64,000 nt of DNA from Candidatus Nomurabacteria bacterium (GTDB taxonomy: Bacteria; Patescibacteriota; Minisyncoccia; Phycocordibacterales; UBA9973). The stretch is taken from the NCBI GenBank assembly GCA_943359485.1, contig CALRHR010000002.1, positions 24,992 to 88,991 on the forward strand, written 5' to 3'. The position numbers and the translations under genes were made by a program. The notes below the pieces were generated by a model. That model was given only the letters and a program-made list of their open reading frames with translations. It ran no database searches and was not told the origin of the DNA. Below, piece after piece: positions 9,609 through 19,500 of the stretch; positions within the stretch are counted from its first letter, which is position 1, and each line of letters starts with the position of its first letter.

Positions 9609-11459
9609 ATGAAAAACGAAATCAAAAAATTTTTTAAGGGGGAAGTGGAAGATGATGAGGAAACGCTTCTCAAATATTCTCATGACGCGAGCCTTTTAGA
9701 GGTGCGACCAAAACTTGTGGTTTTTCCTAAAGACAAAGAAGATGTGAAAACTTTAGTGAAGTGGGTAAATGAAAACAAAACGAAATACCCAAGGCTCTCT
9801 ATTACCGCTCGGTGTGCGGGTACGGATATGTCTGGTGGGGCGATCGGAGAGTCTATTATTATGGATTTTACGCGTTACATGGATAAATTGATCGGTGGGC
9901 CACTACCTATTGATGATAAAAATTATGTAAAAAATAAAAATAGTAAAATAAAAGATAAAATAGATAACTATCCACTAGTTCCTTCTTTCGTTACAGTACA
10001 GCCGGGGATGTTCTACCGAGATTTTGAAAAAATAACTCTGGCCAAAAATTTGATTTTACCTTGCTATACAGCTTCCAAGAGCTTAAACGCTATGGGTGGA
10101 ATGTATGGAAACAATTCTGCGGGAGAGAGGACTTTAAAATATGGAAAAACAGAAGATTATGTTTTGTCGGCCAAAGTTGTTTTTGCTGATGGGAATGAAT
10201 ATGTTGTTAAACCTCTCTCAAAAAATGAATTAGAAAAAAAAATGGTGCAAGGGGATTTTGAGGGTGCTGTTTATAAAAATATTTTTAATTTGATAAGTGA
10301 AAATGAAGGAGAAATACAACAAGCAAAACCTAAAGTACATAAAAATTCTGCGGGGTATTATATTTGGAATGTCGTAGGCCCCAAAGGGCCGAAGATCCCG
10401 AGAGTATTCGAGGGATCAAACAAAGAGTATTTTGACCTCAACAAACTTCTCGTCGGCTCGCAGGGAACGCTCGGGATTGCCACCGAGATAACTTTAAAAA
10501 TAATTCCAGACAATAAATATTCAAAACTGATGGCAATTTTTGTGAATGACCTTGCGCCTCTTGGTCGTTTAGTGGATGAAATATTAACACTTAATCCAGA
10601 AACAGTTGAAGCTTATGATGATAAGACCATGCAGCTAGCCGTGCGGTTTTTCCCGGATTTTTTTAGAAATAAAGGATTCTGGGAGATGTTAAAATTTATG
10701 TGGAGCTTTTTACCCGAATTTAAAATGATGGTAAGTACTTTTTTAGGAGGGATGGGTTTCCCAAAATTAATTATTTTGGCTGAATTTGCCGGCAATACTG
10801 AAGAGGAGGTGCATGCAAAATGTTTGGAACTTGCAAATAAATTGTCTTCCAAAGAGACTATACCTATAACTCTCGGCGGGCAGGAACCAGTCTTGGGTTG
10901 GAACCTAAAGGTTCATATTACCAAAGATAAAATAGAAGCAAATAAATATTGGGATATTAGGAGAGAAAGTTTTGCTTTGTTACGCAAACATGTGAAAGGC
11001 AAAAGAACGGCACCGTTTATAGATGACATCATCGTTCGTCCGGAATTTCTGCCAAAGTTTTTGCCAGAGCTCAATCAAATTTTAAGTAAATATGATTTGA
11101 CTTACACTCTCGCGGGGCATGCCGGGGATGGGAATTTTCACATTATTCCATTGATGGATTTCAAAAATGCTGACACTGGTAAAATAATATTGGAACTTTC
11201 CGAAAAGGTTTATGATTTGGTGGCAAAATATCACGGCTCAATTACAGCTGAACACAATGATGGCATTATTCGTACACCGTATCTTCCAAAAATGTTTGAA
11301 CCGCACATTATTGAAATTTTTACAAATATTAAAAATATTTTTGATCCCAAAAACATTTTTAACCCTGGTAAAAAAATTCCTGCGGGGAACTTTGGTGGCA
11401 CGAAAGAGTACATTTCTTCTCACATTGCAATAGAACACGATATTCATCACAAGGTCTAA
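9609..11459 (+). CDS. FAD-linked oxidase (GlcD / D-lactate dehydrogenase-like, PCMH-type FAD-binding domain)
   Basis: N-terminal FAD-binding region (ITARCAGTDMSGGAIGESIIMDF), 616 aa, C-terminal oxidase domain. Confidence 0.65.
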   Translation: MKNEIKKFFKGEVEDDEETLLKYSHDASLLEVRPKLVVFPKDKEDVKTLVKWVNENKTKYPRLSITARCAGTDMSGGAIGESIIMDFTRYMDKLIGGPLPIDDKNYVKNKNSKIKDKIDNYPLVPSFVTVQPGMFYRDFEKITLAKNLILPCYTASKSLNAMGGMYGNNSAGERTLKYGKTEDYVLSAKVVFADGNEYVVKPLSKNELEKKMVQGDFEGAVYKNIFNLISENEGEIQQAKPKVHKNSAGYYIWNVVGPKGPKIPRVFEGSNKEYFDLNKLLVGSQGTLGIATEITLKIIPDNKYSKLMAIFVNDLAPLGRLVDEILTLNPETVEAYDDKTMQLAVRFFPDFFRNKGFWEMLKFMWSFLPEFKMMVSTFLGGMGFPKLIILAEFAGNTEEEVHAKCLELANKLSSKETIPITLGGQEPVLGWNLKVHITKDKIEANKYWDIRRESFALLRKHVKGKRTAPFIDDIIVRPEFLPKFLPELNQILSKYDLTYTLAGHAGDGNFHIIPLMDFKNADTGKIILELSEKVYDLVAKYHGSITAEHNDGIIRTPYLPKMFEPHIIEIFTNIKNIFDPKNIFNPGKKIPAGNFGGTKEYISSHIAIEHDIHHKV

Positions 11460-11464
11460 GTATT

Positions 11465-11493
11465 TTGACTTTTTAAAAATATTCGGTTATACT
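11465..11493 (+). promoter_or_regulatory. Sigma70-like promoter for rplY (TTGACT, 17-bp spacer, TATACT); predicted near-leaderless transcript
   Basis: TTGACT at 11465-11470, an exact 17-bp spacer, TATACT at 11488-11493, and the ATG at 11501 only 7 nt after the -10 box. Confidence 0.4.
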
Positions 11494-11500
11494 CTTTTTA

Positions 11501-12166
11501 ATGTTTAAAATCAAAGCTGAAAATAGAAGTGAGGGTGAAAAAATAGACGATTTGAGAAAATCCGGGAGAATCCCAGCTGTTTTTTATGGTGCGGGTCAAA
11601 AAACTTCTTCCATTATTCTTTCGACTATTGAATTTAAAAAAATCTGGCGAGAAGCAGGAGAGTCTTCAGCTATTGTGGTTTCTACTCCTTCTGGCGAGAT
11701 CAATGTGATTATCCACGAAGTTCAGGTGGATCCAGTGACCAGCGAGCCGATACATGTGGACTTTTTGGCTATTGATATGAAAAAGAAAATTAAAATTAAA
11801 GTCTCAGTTGTATTTGAAGGAATTTCTAATGCAGTCAAGAACGGTGTGGGTAACCTTGTCAAAGTTCTTCATGAAATAGAAATTGAAGCCCTGCCAGCTG
11901 ATTTACCGCACAACCTTATTGCTGATATTTCTAAACTGGAAACCCTCGAAGACAGTGTTCTTGTTTCTGACATAAAATTACCAGCTGGAGTAACGGTTGT
12001 CACAAATGCGACTGATGTTGTTGCTTCAATCATTGCTCAAGTTGAAGAGAAAGAAGAGGTGGTCGCGCCAGTTGATCTCTCAGCTATCGAAGTGGAGAAG
12101 AAGGGCAAGAAAGAAGAAGAAGGTGAAGTTGGAACCGAAGCTCCTGCTACTCCAGCCAAAGAATAA
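11501..12166 (+). CDS. rplY: 50S ribosomal protein L25 / general stress protein Ctc
   Basis: RSEGEKIDDLRKSGRIPAVFYGAGQ...HEVQVDPVTSEPIHVDFLAI is the L25/Ctc N-domain, followed by a C-terminal extension. Confidence 0.85.
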   Translation: MFKIKAENRSEGEKIDDLRKSGRIPAVFYGAGQKTSSIILSTIEFKKIWREAGESSAIVVSTPSGEINVIIHEVQVDPVTSEPIHVDFLAIDMKKKIKIKVSVVFEGISNAVKNGVGNLVKVLHEIEIEALPADLPHNLIADISKLETLEDSVLVSDIKLPAGVTVVTNATDVVASIIAQVEEKEEVVAPVDLSAIEVEKKGKKEEEGEVGTEAPATPAKE

Positions 12167-12215
12167 AAAACTTAGAAGAAATAAATCCAAACCGAGATAT
12201 GATATAATAGAAGTT

Positions 12216-13625
12216 ATGGTAAAGAAAATCATAACTTTTTTTGTTTTTATTGCAACCCTGTTACCTCTTTCCCCATTTAGGGTAAATGCGGTTTTTGATT
12301 GTTCTAAATTAACAGTTGTCTCCAGTCAAGCAGATAAAAATTATTGCAAAGATGAGCTAAAGCAGATAGAGGCGGAGCTCGCCCGCCTTTTGGATTTACA
12401 AAAACAACAACAGAAAAAAACGGGGACACTTAGCGGAGATGTAAATTACTTAACCAGTCAGATTAATGCGCTTAAAACAAAAATAAAAGCTCGTTCTCTC
12501 GTTATTGCGCAATTGAAAGTAAATATTGCTGAAAAAGTTAGCACTATTAATTCTCTTTCCGAGAAGATAGAGCGAGAACATGAATCCTTGGCTCAGCTTA
12601 TCCGTAACACAAATGAATTTGATGCAAAAACGATAATGCATTTGGTTCTTTCCGACAACAGCCTTTCAAATTTTTATAACGATTTCGAATCTTATGCGTC
12701 AATCAAACAGGCAGTTAAGGCTTCTGCAGACCGTATTCGGGGCATAAAGACTGAAACCGAAGTCGCGAAGATAGACCTTGAGAAAAAACAAAATACGGAA
12801 ACGGATGCAAAAGTTGAACTAGAAAACGCTCAAAAAAAGGTGGCACAATCCGAAGCTGAAAAGAAACAACTTTTGGCCATTTCCAAGCAAACAGAAGTTG
12901 CTTATAAGCAGTTGGCTGCCGAGAAAAAGGCTCGAGCGGACAAAATCCGCGCTGCACTCTTCCCACTTCGTGACTCAGAGGCGATTCCTTTTGGTGTGGC
13001 ATTACAATATGCAGAAGAAGCTGAAAAAAAGACGGGAGTACGAGCTGCATTTATTCTTGCTATCTTGAAACAAGAATCTGACTTAGGGGCAAATGTTGGT
13101 ACATGCAATAGATCTCAAGATGTCAAAAAATGGCAAGATATCATGCCTGGACCAACTCACCTTAGCAACTATTTAAAAAACGGGAAAACATGCAATGGTC
13201 CCAACAGTCCATGTTCTTATCGTGACGACCAATCCGCTTTTTTGAGGATCACGAATTCTCTCGGTATTTCACCAGAGGGGGTTCCTCTTTCGTGTCCATT
13301 GGGTAGTGGTGGTTGGGGTGGTGCCATGGGACCGTCACAATTTATACCAACAACATGGGAGCTTTTTAAGTCAAAAATATCTTTAGTTTTAGATGTCAAA
13401 AATCCAAGCCCATGGAATCCCCGACATGCTATTATGGCCACTGCGATATATATGGATGACTTAGGAGCAGGTGCGGGGACTTTTACAGCAGAACGAGATG
13501 CCGCTTGTAAATATTATTCTGGCAGAAGTTGTTCAGACCCGAGTGTAAAAAATGTTTCTTATGGCAATAGTGTAATGACTATTGTTACGAAAATACAAAA
13601 TGATATAGATTTGCTTTACAACTAA
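12216..13625 (+). CDS. Secreted coiled-coil protein with a C-terminal lytic transglycosylase / lysozyme-like domain
   Basis: The start was moved to ATG 12216 (MVKKIITFFVFIATLLPLSPFRVNA signal peptide). A long coiled coil is followed by ILKQESDLG (catalytic Glu-Ser) ... GAMGPSQFIPTTW, resembling the SLT-domain GLMQ motif. Confidence 0.55.
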   Translation: MVKKIITFFVFIATLLPLSPFRVNAVFDCSKLTVVSSQADKNYCKDELKQIEAELARLLDLQKQQQKKTGTLSGDVNYLTSQINALKTKIKARSLVIAQLKVNIAEKVSTINSLSEKIEREHESLAQLIRNTNEFDAKTIMHLVLSDNSLSNFYNDFESYASIKQAVKASADRIRGIKTETEVAKIDLEKKQNTETDAKVELENAQKKVAQSEAEKKQLLAISKQTEVAYKQLAAEKKARADKIRAALFPLRDSEAIPFGVALQYAEEAEKKTGVRAAFILAILKQESDLGANVGTCNRSQDVKKWQDIMPGPTHLSNYLKNGKTCNGPNSPCSYRDDQSAFLRITNSLGISPEGVPLSCPLGSGGWGGAMGPSQFIPTTWELFKSKISLVLDVKNPSPWNPRHAIMATAIYMDDLGAGAGTFTAERDAACKYYSGRSCSDPSVKNVSYGNSVMTIVTKIQNDIDLLYN

Positions 13626-13695
13626 AATTATGTTAATGTTTTTTTGATAATGACCCATTCGAAAAACTCAGGGTCATGGTGAGTAAGACCGAACC

Positions 13696-13914
13696 ATGAA
13701 AAAAGAAATACATCCACAATACAATATAAAAACTTTAGCCACCTGCGCTTGCGGAGCAGTTTTTTCTGTAGGCTCAACCATGCCTTCAATCGCGATGGAA
13801 ATTTGTAGTCAATGTCATCCTTTCTATACTGGTAATGAAAAAATAATGGATACAGCTGGGCGTGTAGAGCGCTTTAATAAGCGCAAAGCTGCAACTGCAA
13901 AAGTTAAAAAATAA
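13696..13914 (+). CDS. rpmE: 50S ribosomal protein L31
   Basis: MKKEIHPQYNIKTLATCACGAVFSVGST...CSQCHPFYTG matches the L31 zinc-ribbon type. Confidence 0.9.
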   Translation: MKKEIHPQYNIKTLATCACGAVFSVGSTMPSIAMEICSQCHPFYTGNEKIMDTAGRVERFNKRKAATAKVKK

Positions 13915-13957
13915 CATAAATTCTTTCTTGGCACAACTTTTTATAAAGCAATCTATC

Positions 13958-14030
13958 TGGCGCTGATGCGAGAGCGTTCTTCTCGGGCCGTCGCCCTGCG
14001 AAAGGCTTTCTAAAAAGTGCGCCTGCGACG
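13958..14030. repeat. GC-rich island in the rpmE-prfA spacer
   Basis: tggcgctgatgcgagagcgttcttctcgggccgtcgccctgcgaaaggctttctaaaaagtgcgcctgcgacg is much more GC-rich than its surroundings. It may be related to the intragenic elements or may be a structured RNA. Confidence 0.35.
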
Positions 14031-14051
14031 AATTTATGTTATTTTAAATAT

Positions 14052-15014
14052 ATGGACCTAGAAGAACTTAAAAAAGATCACAACACAAGTTATCTGGCAG
14101 ATATGCTAGAGAAACTTTTGCGTGAAGAAAAAGAAGTGCGAGAAATGCTCGCAGGAGATGATACTTTGCATGAATTGGCGGGGAAGGAACTAAAATTTAT
14201 ACAAGAGGAAAGAAGTAGAATTGAAAATCAAGTACAAGATATTTTAGATAAGGATAAAGAAGAGGAAGAGATAACTAATGAAATAGTATTGGAAGTTCGG
14301 GCAGGTGCCGGTGGCGACGAAGCTTCTCTTTTCGCTTTCGAACTTGCGCATATGTATGAAAAGTTTTCTGAAATTGAAGGCTGGAATTGGAAAACTAATT
14401 ATGAATCAAAAAGTGATTTAAATGGTTACAAAGAGGCCTCTTTTGAAATAAAGGGCAAAGGTGTTTATGATAAAATGCGTTATGAGACGGGGGTGCATCG
14501 TGTTCAGAGAATTCCAGCAACAGAAAAGAACGGCCGAGTGCATACTTCTACGGCATCGGTGGCCGTGCTTCCAATAAGGAAAAAAATAAATTTTATTATT
14601 AATCCAGCGGAATTTGAACTGGAATATTCTCGTAGTGGTGGTAAGGGTGGGCAGAATGTGAACAAAGTTGAGACAGCCGTTCGTATAATTCACAAACCGA
14701 CAGGTCTGGATGTCCGTTCCACTAATGAGCGCAGCCAGCTTGCCAACCGTGAGAAAGCCATGATGATATTGACTGCCAAGCTTCAGCAACTCGAGGAAGA
14801 AAAAGAAGCAAAGAAATATGCGGGTGAGCGCAAAGATCAGATAGGTACAGGGGACAGGTCAGAGAAAATCCGTACATACAACTTTGCTCAGGACCGGGTG
14901 ACAGATCATCGGATAAAAAAGTCTTGGCACAATTTGCCGAAAATTCTAGAGGGTGAGATAGGGGACATCATAGCAGATATAAATTCTGGCAATGTTGGTG
15001 ATGAGGAAGAGTAA
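14052..15014 (+). CDS. prfA: Peptide chain release factor 1
   Basis: GGQ motif ([24 protein letters not shown]) and a PAT tripeptide ([14 protein letters not shown]), which is the RF1-type codon-recognition motif. Confidence 0.9.
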   Translation: MDLEELKKDHNTSYLADMLEKLLREEKEVREMLAGDDTLHELAGKELKFIQEERSRIENQVQDILDKDKEEEEITNEIVLEVRAGAGGDEASLFAFELAHMYEKFSEIEGWNWKTNYESKSDLNGYKEASFEIKGKGVYDKMRYETGVHRVQRIPATEKNGRVHTSTASVAVLPIRKKINFIINPAEFELEYSRSGGKGGQNVNKVETAVRIIHKPTGLDVRSTNERSQLANREKAMMILTAKLQQLEEEKEAKKYAGERKDQIGTGDRSEKIRTYNFAQDRVTDHRIKKSWHNLPKILEGEIGDIIADINSGNVGDEEE

Positions 15015-15213
15015 TTGTAGTAGCAGAGTAGAATTCACTACAGGACGCCTAGTCTTGGCTATTTTGTTTTTTTTGTGCCCTATGTTATACTTATTCATGT
15101 AGGTTCTCATTTAGCGAAAAGAGTTCCTACACCCGCCCAAAAAAATATTTAGTGGGGGAGGGTTTATAAATAGTTTTTTGTCCTTTTTCGTAAAAAAGGA
15201 AGAAGTAAATAGT

Positions 15214-15543
15214 ATGGCTACAAAGCTATATGTAGGGGGACTCCCTTACAGCACCCAAGAGGATGCTCTCAAAGAGCTCTTCGCACAAGCGGGTACAGTT
15301 GTTTCCGCTGTGATTATTATGGATAAGATGTCTGGTCGTTCAAAAGGTTTTGGATTCGTAGAAATGTCTACACAAGAGGAAGCTATGAAAGCTATCTCAA
15401 TGTTCAACGATCAAGAATTTGAAGGACGCAAACTTACTGTCAACGAAGCTCGCCCTATGGAAGCTCGTCCACCTCGTTCTAGTGGAGGAGGCAATGACCG
15501 AGGCGGTTACGGTGGTGGAGGAGGAGGACGCCGAGAATACTAA
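15214..15543 (+). CDS. RRM-type RNA-binding protein with a Gly/Arg-rich tail
   Basis: RNP2 KLYVGGL, RNP1 KGFGFVEM, and a C-terminal RSSGGGNDRGGYGGGGGGRREY tail. The start was moved to ATG 15214, which is preceded by AAGGAAG. Confidence 0.8.
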   Translation: MATKLYVGGLPYSTQEDALKELFAQAGTVVSAVIIMDKMSGRSKGFGFVEMSTQEEAMKAISMFNDQEFEGRKLTVNEARPMEARPPRSSGGGNDRGGYGGGGGGRREY

Positions 15544-15644
15544 TTTTTCTCTTAAACTTAAAAACAAAAAACCGTCTAATAACCTTGGGTGGTTTTTTGT
15601 TTTATTGGTTGTATTTTTAAAAAATATTATTTATAATAATAATT

Positions 15645-16361
15645 ATGGAAGATCCAAATACTTTAGTAAAGAAGGTTGTTGAACCAGTTGAACCAACTGG
15701 AGAAAAATCTCCAGAAATATTAGCACTAGAAGAAAGAATATCAAAATTAGAAATGGAAAAATCTGTGCTTGAAGAAGCCCACGCAGGGCTAGTTGAACAA
15801 GTTGAAACATTGAGCAAGCTGGCTTACCTTGATTTATTAACAGGGTTAAAAAGCAGGCTCGCTTTTGACAATGAAATAAAAATATATTTTGATCGAATTT
15901 ATAAAGAAAGTCACATACCTGAACAACGCAAAGAGGGGATGGAGAGTAATGAAAGTTTGGTTTTTGTTATTTTTGATATAGATAAGTTTAAGACAGTTAA
16001 TGATACTCTTGGACATCAAGCAGGAGATGTTGTGCTTAGGAAGGTAGCCAAGCAAATTAAGGGCTTTACTAGAGGTACTGACATCGTAGCTAGATGGGGA
16101 GGAGAAGAAATCGTGGTGGCTTTCATTGGTATGACCCCGAAAGAGGCTGAAGTAAAAACTGATTTTATTCGAAAACGAATAGCAAAGTTGGAGTTTGACG
16201 AATATCCAGACCTTAGGGTTACAATAAGCGCTGGGTTGGCTCACTCAGTTGATTTTAAAAATTCTAAAGACCTTTTTAAGGCTGCTGACGACGCACTATA
16301 TCTTTCAAAAGATGGTGGTCGCGATAAAGTGACAGTCCACAAACCAACAGAAATTAAATAA
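15645..16361 (+). CDS. GGDEF-domain protein (putative diguanylate cyclase) with an N-terminal coiled coil
   Basis: LLTGLKSRLAF...FDIDKFKTVNDTLGHQAGD...RWGGEEIVVAF. The signature reads GGEEI (GGDEF/GGEEF with F replaced by I). Confidence 0.75.
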   Translation: MEDPNTLVKKVVEPVEPTGEKSPEILALEERISKLEMEKSVLEEAHAGLVEQVETLSKLAYLDLLTGLKSRLAFDNEIKIYFDRIYKESHIPEQRKEGMESNESLVFVIFDIDKFKTVNDTLGHQAGDVVLRKVAKQIKGFTRGTDIVARWGGEEIVVAFIGMTPKEAEVKTDFIRKRIAKLEFDEYPDLRVTISAGLAHSVDFKNSKDLFKAADDALYLSKDGGRDKVTVHKPTEIK

Positions 16362-16420
16362 AAATTATTTTTGAATTGCGTATATAAACTATTTTTGGTA
16401 TAGTTTTTTTATCGTTTATC

Positions 16421-16489
16421 GTGAGCGTAGTTCAGTTTGCCTCGCCAACCACCGCCTGAGCGGGGCGAGGCGGGGTGAAGTAGAACGCT
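16421..16489 (+). pseudogene. 5' fragment of a tRNA-Ile-like gene (acceptor and D-arm) interrupted by a 44-nt GC-rich hairpin insert
   Basis: gtgagcgtagttcagt and tagaacgct match positions 1-16 and 19-27 of the intact tRNA downstream (15/16 identity). The insert ttgcctcgcc...ggcgaggcggggtgaag contains a perfect 8-bp stem gcctcgcc/ggcgaggc. No anticodon or T arm follows. Confidence 0.4.
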
Positions 16490-16513
16490 ATAGTGATTGT
16501 GTTTATAAGATTT

Positions 16514-16585
16514 GCGAGCGTAGTTCAGTGGTAGAACGCTGTCCTGATAAGACAGAGGTCGAAGGTCCGATTCCTTCCGCTCGCA
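16514..16585 (+). tRNA. tRNA-Ile (anticodon GAU)
   Basis: Cloverleaf folded by hand: acceptor gcgagcg/cgctcgc, D-stem gttc/gaac, anticodon stem ctgtc/gacag with loop ctGATaa, T-arm gaagg-tccgatt-ccttc, discriminator A. No encoded CCA. Confidence 0.8.
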
Positions 16586-16592
16586 CAAGGTT

Positions 16593-19500
16593 CTAGTCTC
16601 CTTTTTTGTTTAGATTTCGATATAAAATAGAATAATCCAAAGAATTCACAGTGCCGTCTTTATTTATGTCGTATAGTGGAATATTTTTATTCCAATTTTG
16701 AAAGATGATAGAAGAATCTATGGTGTCGATAACACTATCATTGTTGAAATCTCCGGCGGTGAGTTGTCCATAATCAATTTCCGAAGTTTGATTCAAATCA
16801 ACACCACGAATTATTTTTGGTAAAAATCCTGGCACAACTATGCGGATATCTACCACAGTTGAGGAATTAGAAATACTAGGAGTAGCTTGTCCAGAAGAAT
16901 CAGGGGAAATATTTATTTCTGAAAGTTTAGTGCTTTTACTATAAACCTCAATCTTGCCCGGAATGTTTTTTAAATTAGTTCCTTCTAAACTTAACTTTAT
17001 AGATTTTATTTTGGTAGTAGCTTGTGGTGCGCTCTGGGATGGGGTAGGTGTCGGAGTTGGTACTGGTACTGGGGTCGGTGTGGGTATTGGAGCTGGTACA
17101 GGTGTGGGTGTAGGTGCAGGAGTTGGAATAGGGGTGGGAGCTGGCACAGGTGCTGGGGCAGGAGCTGGTGCAGGTACAGGGGTGGGTGTCGGAGCTGGCA
17201 CAGGTGCTGGGGTGACTACTGGATTTCCAATATAATATTTAAAATCTACTGGCACATATGATGTGCGCGAAATTCCAGTAATGCTGTATCCGCTGCCATT
17301 AAAATACACACCTTTGTTTACAGTGGCTTCAGATTTAGTATTTAAGATTGTGTTGCCGTTGTTGTGCCACTTGTCACTGTCTGTAGTTTCTTGGCTTACT
17401 ATGTAATAAGTAGTATTAGCCAAAAGTCCGAGAGGAGAAGCGAGGTCAGTATATGCAAATTGGCCAGCAGTTTTTCCTGCAGTAGATAATTTTACGGAAC
17501 CTAAGTCCGCATTGTCAGAAGCACGAACTATTTTTATTGTATGCGCCTGATTATTTCCAGATACAATATATCGGCCAAGTGCAGTGATGGTGATAGCTTG
17601 GTTGCCTGTCGTCATGGAAAATCCTACCCAGCCCGTATAGTCATTGCGCAAGATGTCTAAAGAAGAGATTGAAGTTACAAAAGCACCTGGCGAAGTCACG
17701 AGGGGGGAAGGTGATGGTGAAGGTGATGGCTGTGGGTTAGCTACTGTAGTCGGTACTGGTGCCGAAACTGGGGCCGGCGTAGGTGCCACAGCACCGCCAG
17801 TAACATTTATATTACTGCTTACGGCGTTGCCATTTGTAGAAAAAGTATTACCGGAACCAGTTATACCAGAAAATGTGGAACCGCCTGTACCATAAATACC
17901 AAAGGACGCATTTCCTGAAAAATTGTTTCCAGAAATTATTACATTTTGTACTTGAGTAGGAGTATCCCAAAAAGTGATTCCGTCACGACTGTGACCGCTA
18001 AAAATATTATTACTAATATTTACAGTGCTTAGGTTGGCATTTCCACCAAAGACTATTCCTGCATACTGAGGTAGGGGATTGGTGCTCGACATAGTGTTAC
18101 CACTTATAGTTACATTTTGCCCGCCATTGTTGAAGTAAATACCACCAGAGAGATTTGAACTTTTATTATTTCGGATTATATTATTGGAAATTGTAGAGTT
18201 GCGCAAAATTTCAGAAGAATTTGTATCTTCGTTTACTACATAGATACCACTCTGGGTGTTTTCCTCAGCAGTATTTCCTGTGATGGTCACATTGCGTGCA
18301 CCATAATTCAGTGTGAGCTGTAAGCCATGGCAGTCGTTACGGTTGGTAGTATTTCCTGAGTACAATGCAGTACTTGATGGATTGTAATAACCATCCATCA
18401 AGAGTTTTATTCCCGCGCACCCAGTGTTGTTGCTGACATTATTTAGAACTTTAACAGTGCCAGAAGCTTGAACGACTATACCAGAGTGTCCTGTTTTATA
18501 AACATGGTTGTTTTCCACTGTGATATTTTTTTCTATCGCGGATTGCCACCAGTTGCCGAGCCACATACCTCGCATTACGCGTAAATTTGGCACTGGCACA
18601 TTCGAAGTATCTCTGTCGATGGTGATATTTTGGTAAGTATTGCCGGTGTTACCAGATGCTTGAAATACAGCTGAGGCTTGACTATCAGGACCACACTGCA
18701 TATTCATGTTGCGAATATTTAAATTTTCGAAAGTTGTATTTGTGTTGTTTGTGGCCCCAAATGCTGCGGTGCAAAAATTGTTGTTGCCATCAACATTTAG
18801 ATTTTTTATTACACAGTTTGTGCAGCTGCGGACATCAAATAAAATTCCACCTGTTATGCCGTTGCTGGCCGTGCCGACACCTGTAATTCTAAAACCACCT
18901 CCGTTTATGCCTTGGACAGTGATGCCAGTTTTCCCGTTTAGGCTAACAGTGCTTCCTATATCTGCCACACAATCAAAATTTATAGTTCCATTGTCAGCTA
19001 CTGCTCCAAAGGCTTGAGTAATAGCCGCCGCTGCATCTCCAGCACCACAAGCTCCATAGTCACTAATGCTTACGTTTGTGGCTACACCTTTTACAATTCC
19101 GTTGATCGAGGAGTTCATTTTCAGTTTTGTCTTCGGACCTATAAGACCATCCGCCACCAAGCCGTGGTTCTTTTGCCATGTTTTAATAACGTTGATAGTC
19201 TTGGGTCCAAGTACGCCGTCGATCACTAGGCCGAGGTTTAAAACTTGGTTCAGAAATTTCTGCAATTCTTTCACTGCTTCACCTCTACTTCCGTTCTTTA
19301 AAGTTACAGCGCCAAAGTTGTACGCAGTTTTGGTTTCAGCTTTTGGTAATGCATAAGTAGTTGCATTATTTTTTGTAGTGCTCACAGGTGAGTATGTGGA
19401 AACTTTCTTACTTCCACCGCCTCCACCACCCCCTCCGCCACCACTTGAACTACTACTATTTGCATTTTGAACGATTCCAATAATATTGTATTCAGCAGAA

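Noticed and set aside
11997-12215. Track start of the 542-aa ORF overlapping the 3' end of rplY
   Set aside because: The overlap translates to a Lys/Arg-rich nonsense-like peptide in the +2 frame of the rplY acidic tail. A signal-peptide start at ATG 12216 is far more plausible.
16954-17261. Plus-strand ORFs (93 and 79 aa) encoding GVGVG/Trp-Cys-Arg-rich peptides
   Set aside because: They lie antisense to the Pro-Thr linker repeat of the giant minus-strand protein. The open frames are a by-product of the low-complexity repeat.
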